Source: an uncultured Lachnospiraceae bacterium
GTDB lineage: Bacteria; Bacillota; Clostridia; Lachnospirales; Lachnospiraceae
NCBI GenBank assembly: GCA_944383835.1
Contig: CALWRE010000158.1
Coordinates: 6,008-70,007 of the forward strand
Direction of reading: 5' to 3'
DNA length: 64,000 nt
The position numbers and the translations under genes are program-made. Every line of letters starts with the position of its first letter. Position 1 is the stretch's first letter. This document shows, one piece after another, positions 63,946 to 64,000 of the stretch. The notes below the pieces were generated by a model that was given only the letters and a program-made list of their open reading frames with translations, was not told where the DNA came from and did not search any database.

Positions 63946-63976
63946 TTGACTGTACAACAATTGCATCCTTTAAAAT
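63946..63976 (+). promoter_or_regulatory. Promoter-like element with 19-nt spacer (MerR-type geometry)
   Basis: TTGACT (63946-63951), 19 nt containing the TGTACA and CAATTG palindromes, then TAAAAT (63971-63976). Confidence 0.4.
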
Positions 63977-64000
63977 AACCTTGTTACAAAAAAGACAAGA

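Overview
This is a GC-rich chromosomal segment from a spore-forming Firmicute (Clostridia-like: GGAGG-type RBSs, sporulation genes, many ATGA/GTGA start-stop overlaps). I see no rRNA, tRNA, CRISPR array, transposase or integrase. About 55 protein genes can be supported.

The backbone at 27.2-40.1 kb is the conserved Bacillus-type cluster spoVT - mazG(yabN) - hup - yabO/rqcP - yabP - yabQ - divIC - spoIIE - tilS - hpt - ftsH. Two apparent insertions interrupt it. The first is an antitoxin remnant, a membrane protein and 51-bp tandem repeats between spoVT and mazG. The second is a lipoprotein flavin reductase plus a TetR gene between divIC and spoIIE.

Gene content of the rest of the window:
- A cobalamin riboswitch controlling a DUF4430 gene and a small membrane protein.
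- A substrate-binding protein (SBP), YesM-type kinase and YesN-type regulator set, divergent from an Afu/Fbp-type ABC importer with a HAD phosphatase and a phosphohexomutase.
- Two tandem COG0523 (CobW-family) GTPases, one with a His/Cys-rich repeat insert.
- A T-box leader in front of a BASS-family transporter.
- A second extracytoplasmic FMN-bind/FAD reductase with a divergent LysR gene.
- A PRD-regulator / PTS EIIBC / GH4 / amidohydrolase locus followed by a His15-less HPr-like gene.
- A PatB-like C-S lyase translationally coupled to a B12-binding radical SAM (DUF4080-type) gene.
- Three tandem VanW/G5 paralogues.
- An Lrp-aminotransferase pair, trmL, a lactonase and a MerR regulator.

Most worth follow-up:
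- The three-component sensor plus Afu-like importer locus, a candidate sugar-phosphate system.
- The two flavinylation-motif reductases.
- The T-box-controlled BASS transporter.
- A candidate C-rich small RNA downstream of ftsH.
- Several unexplained tandem repeats (51 bp x2.4, and 15 bp x4-5 at two sites).

All functional calls come from motif recognition by eye. No database search was run.
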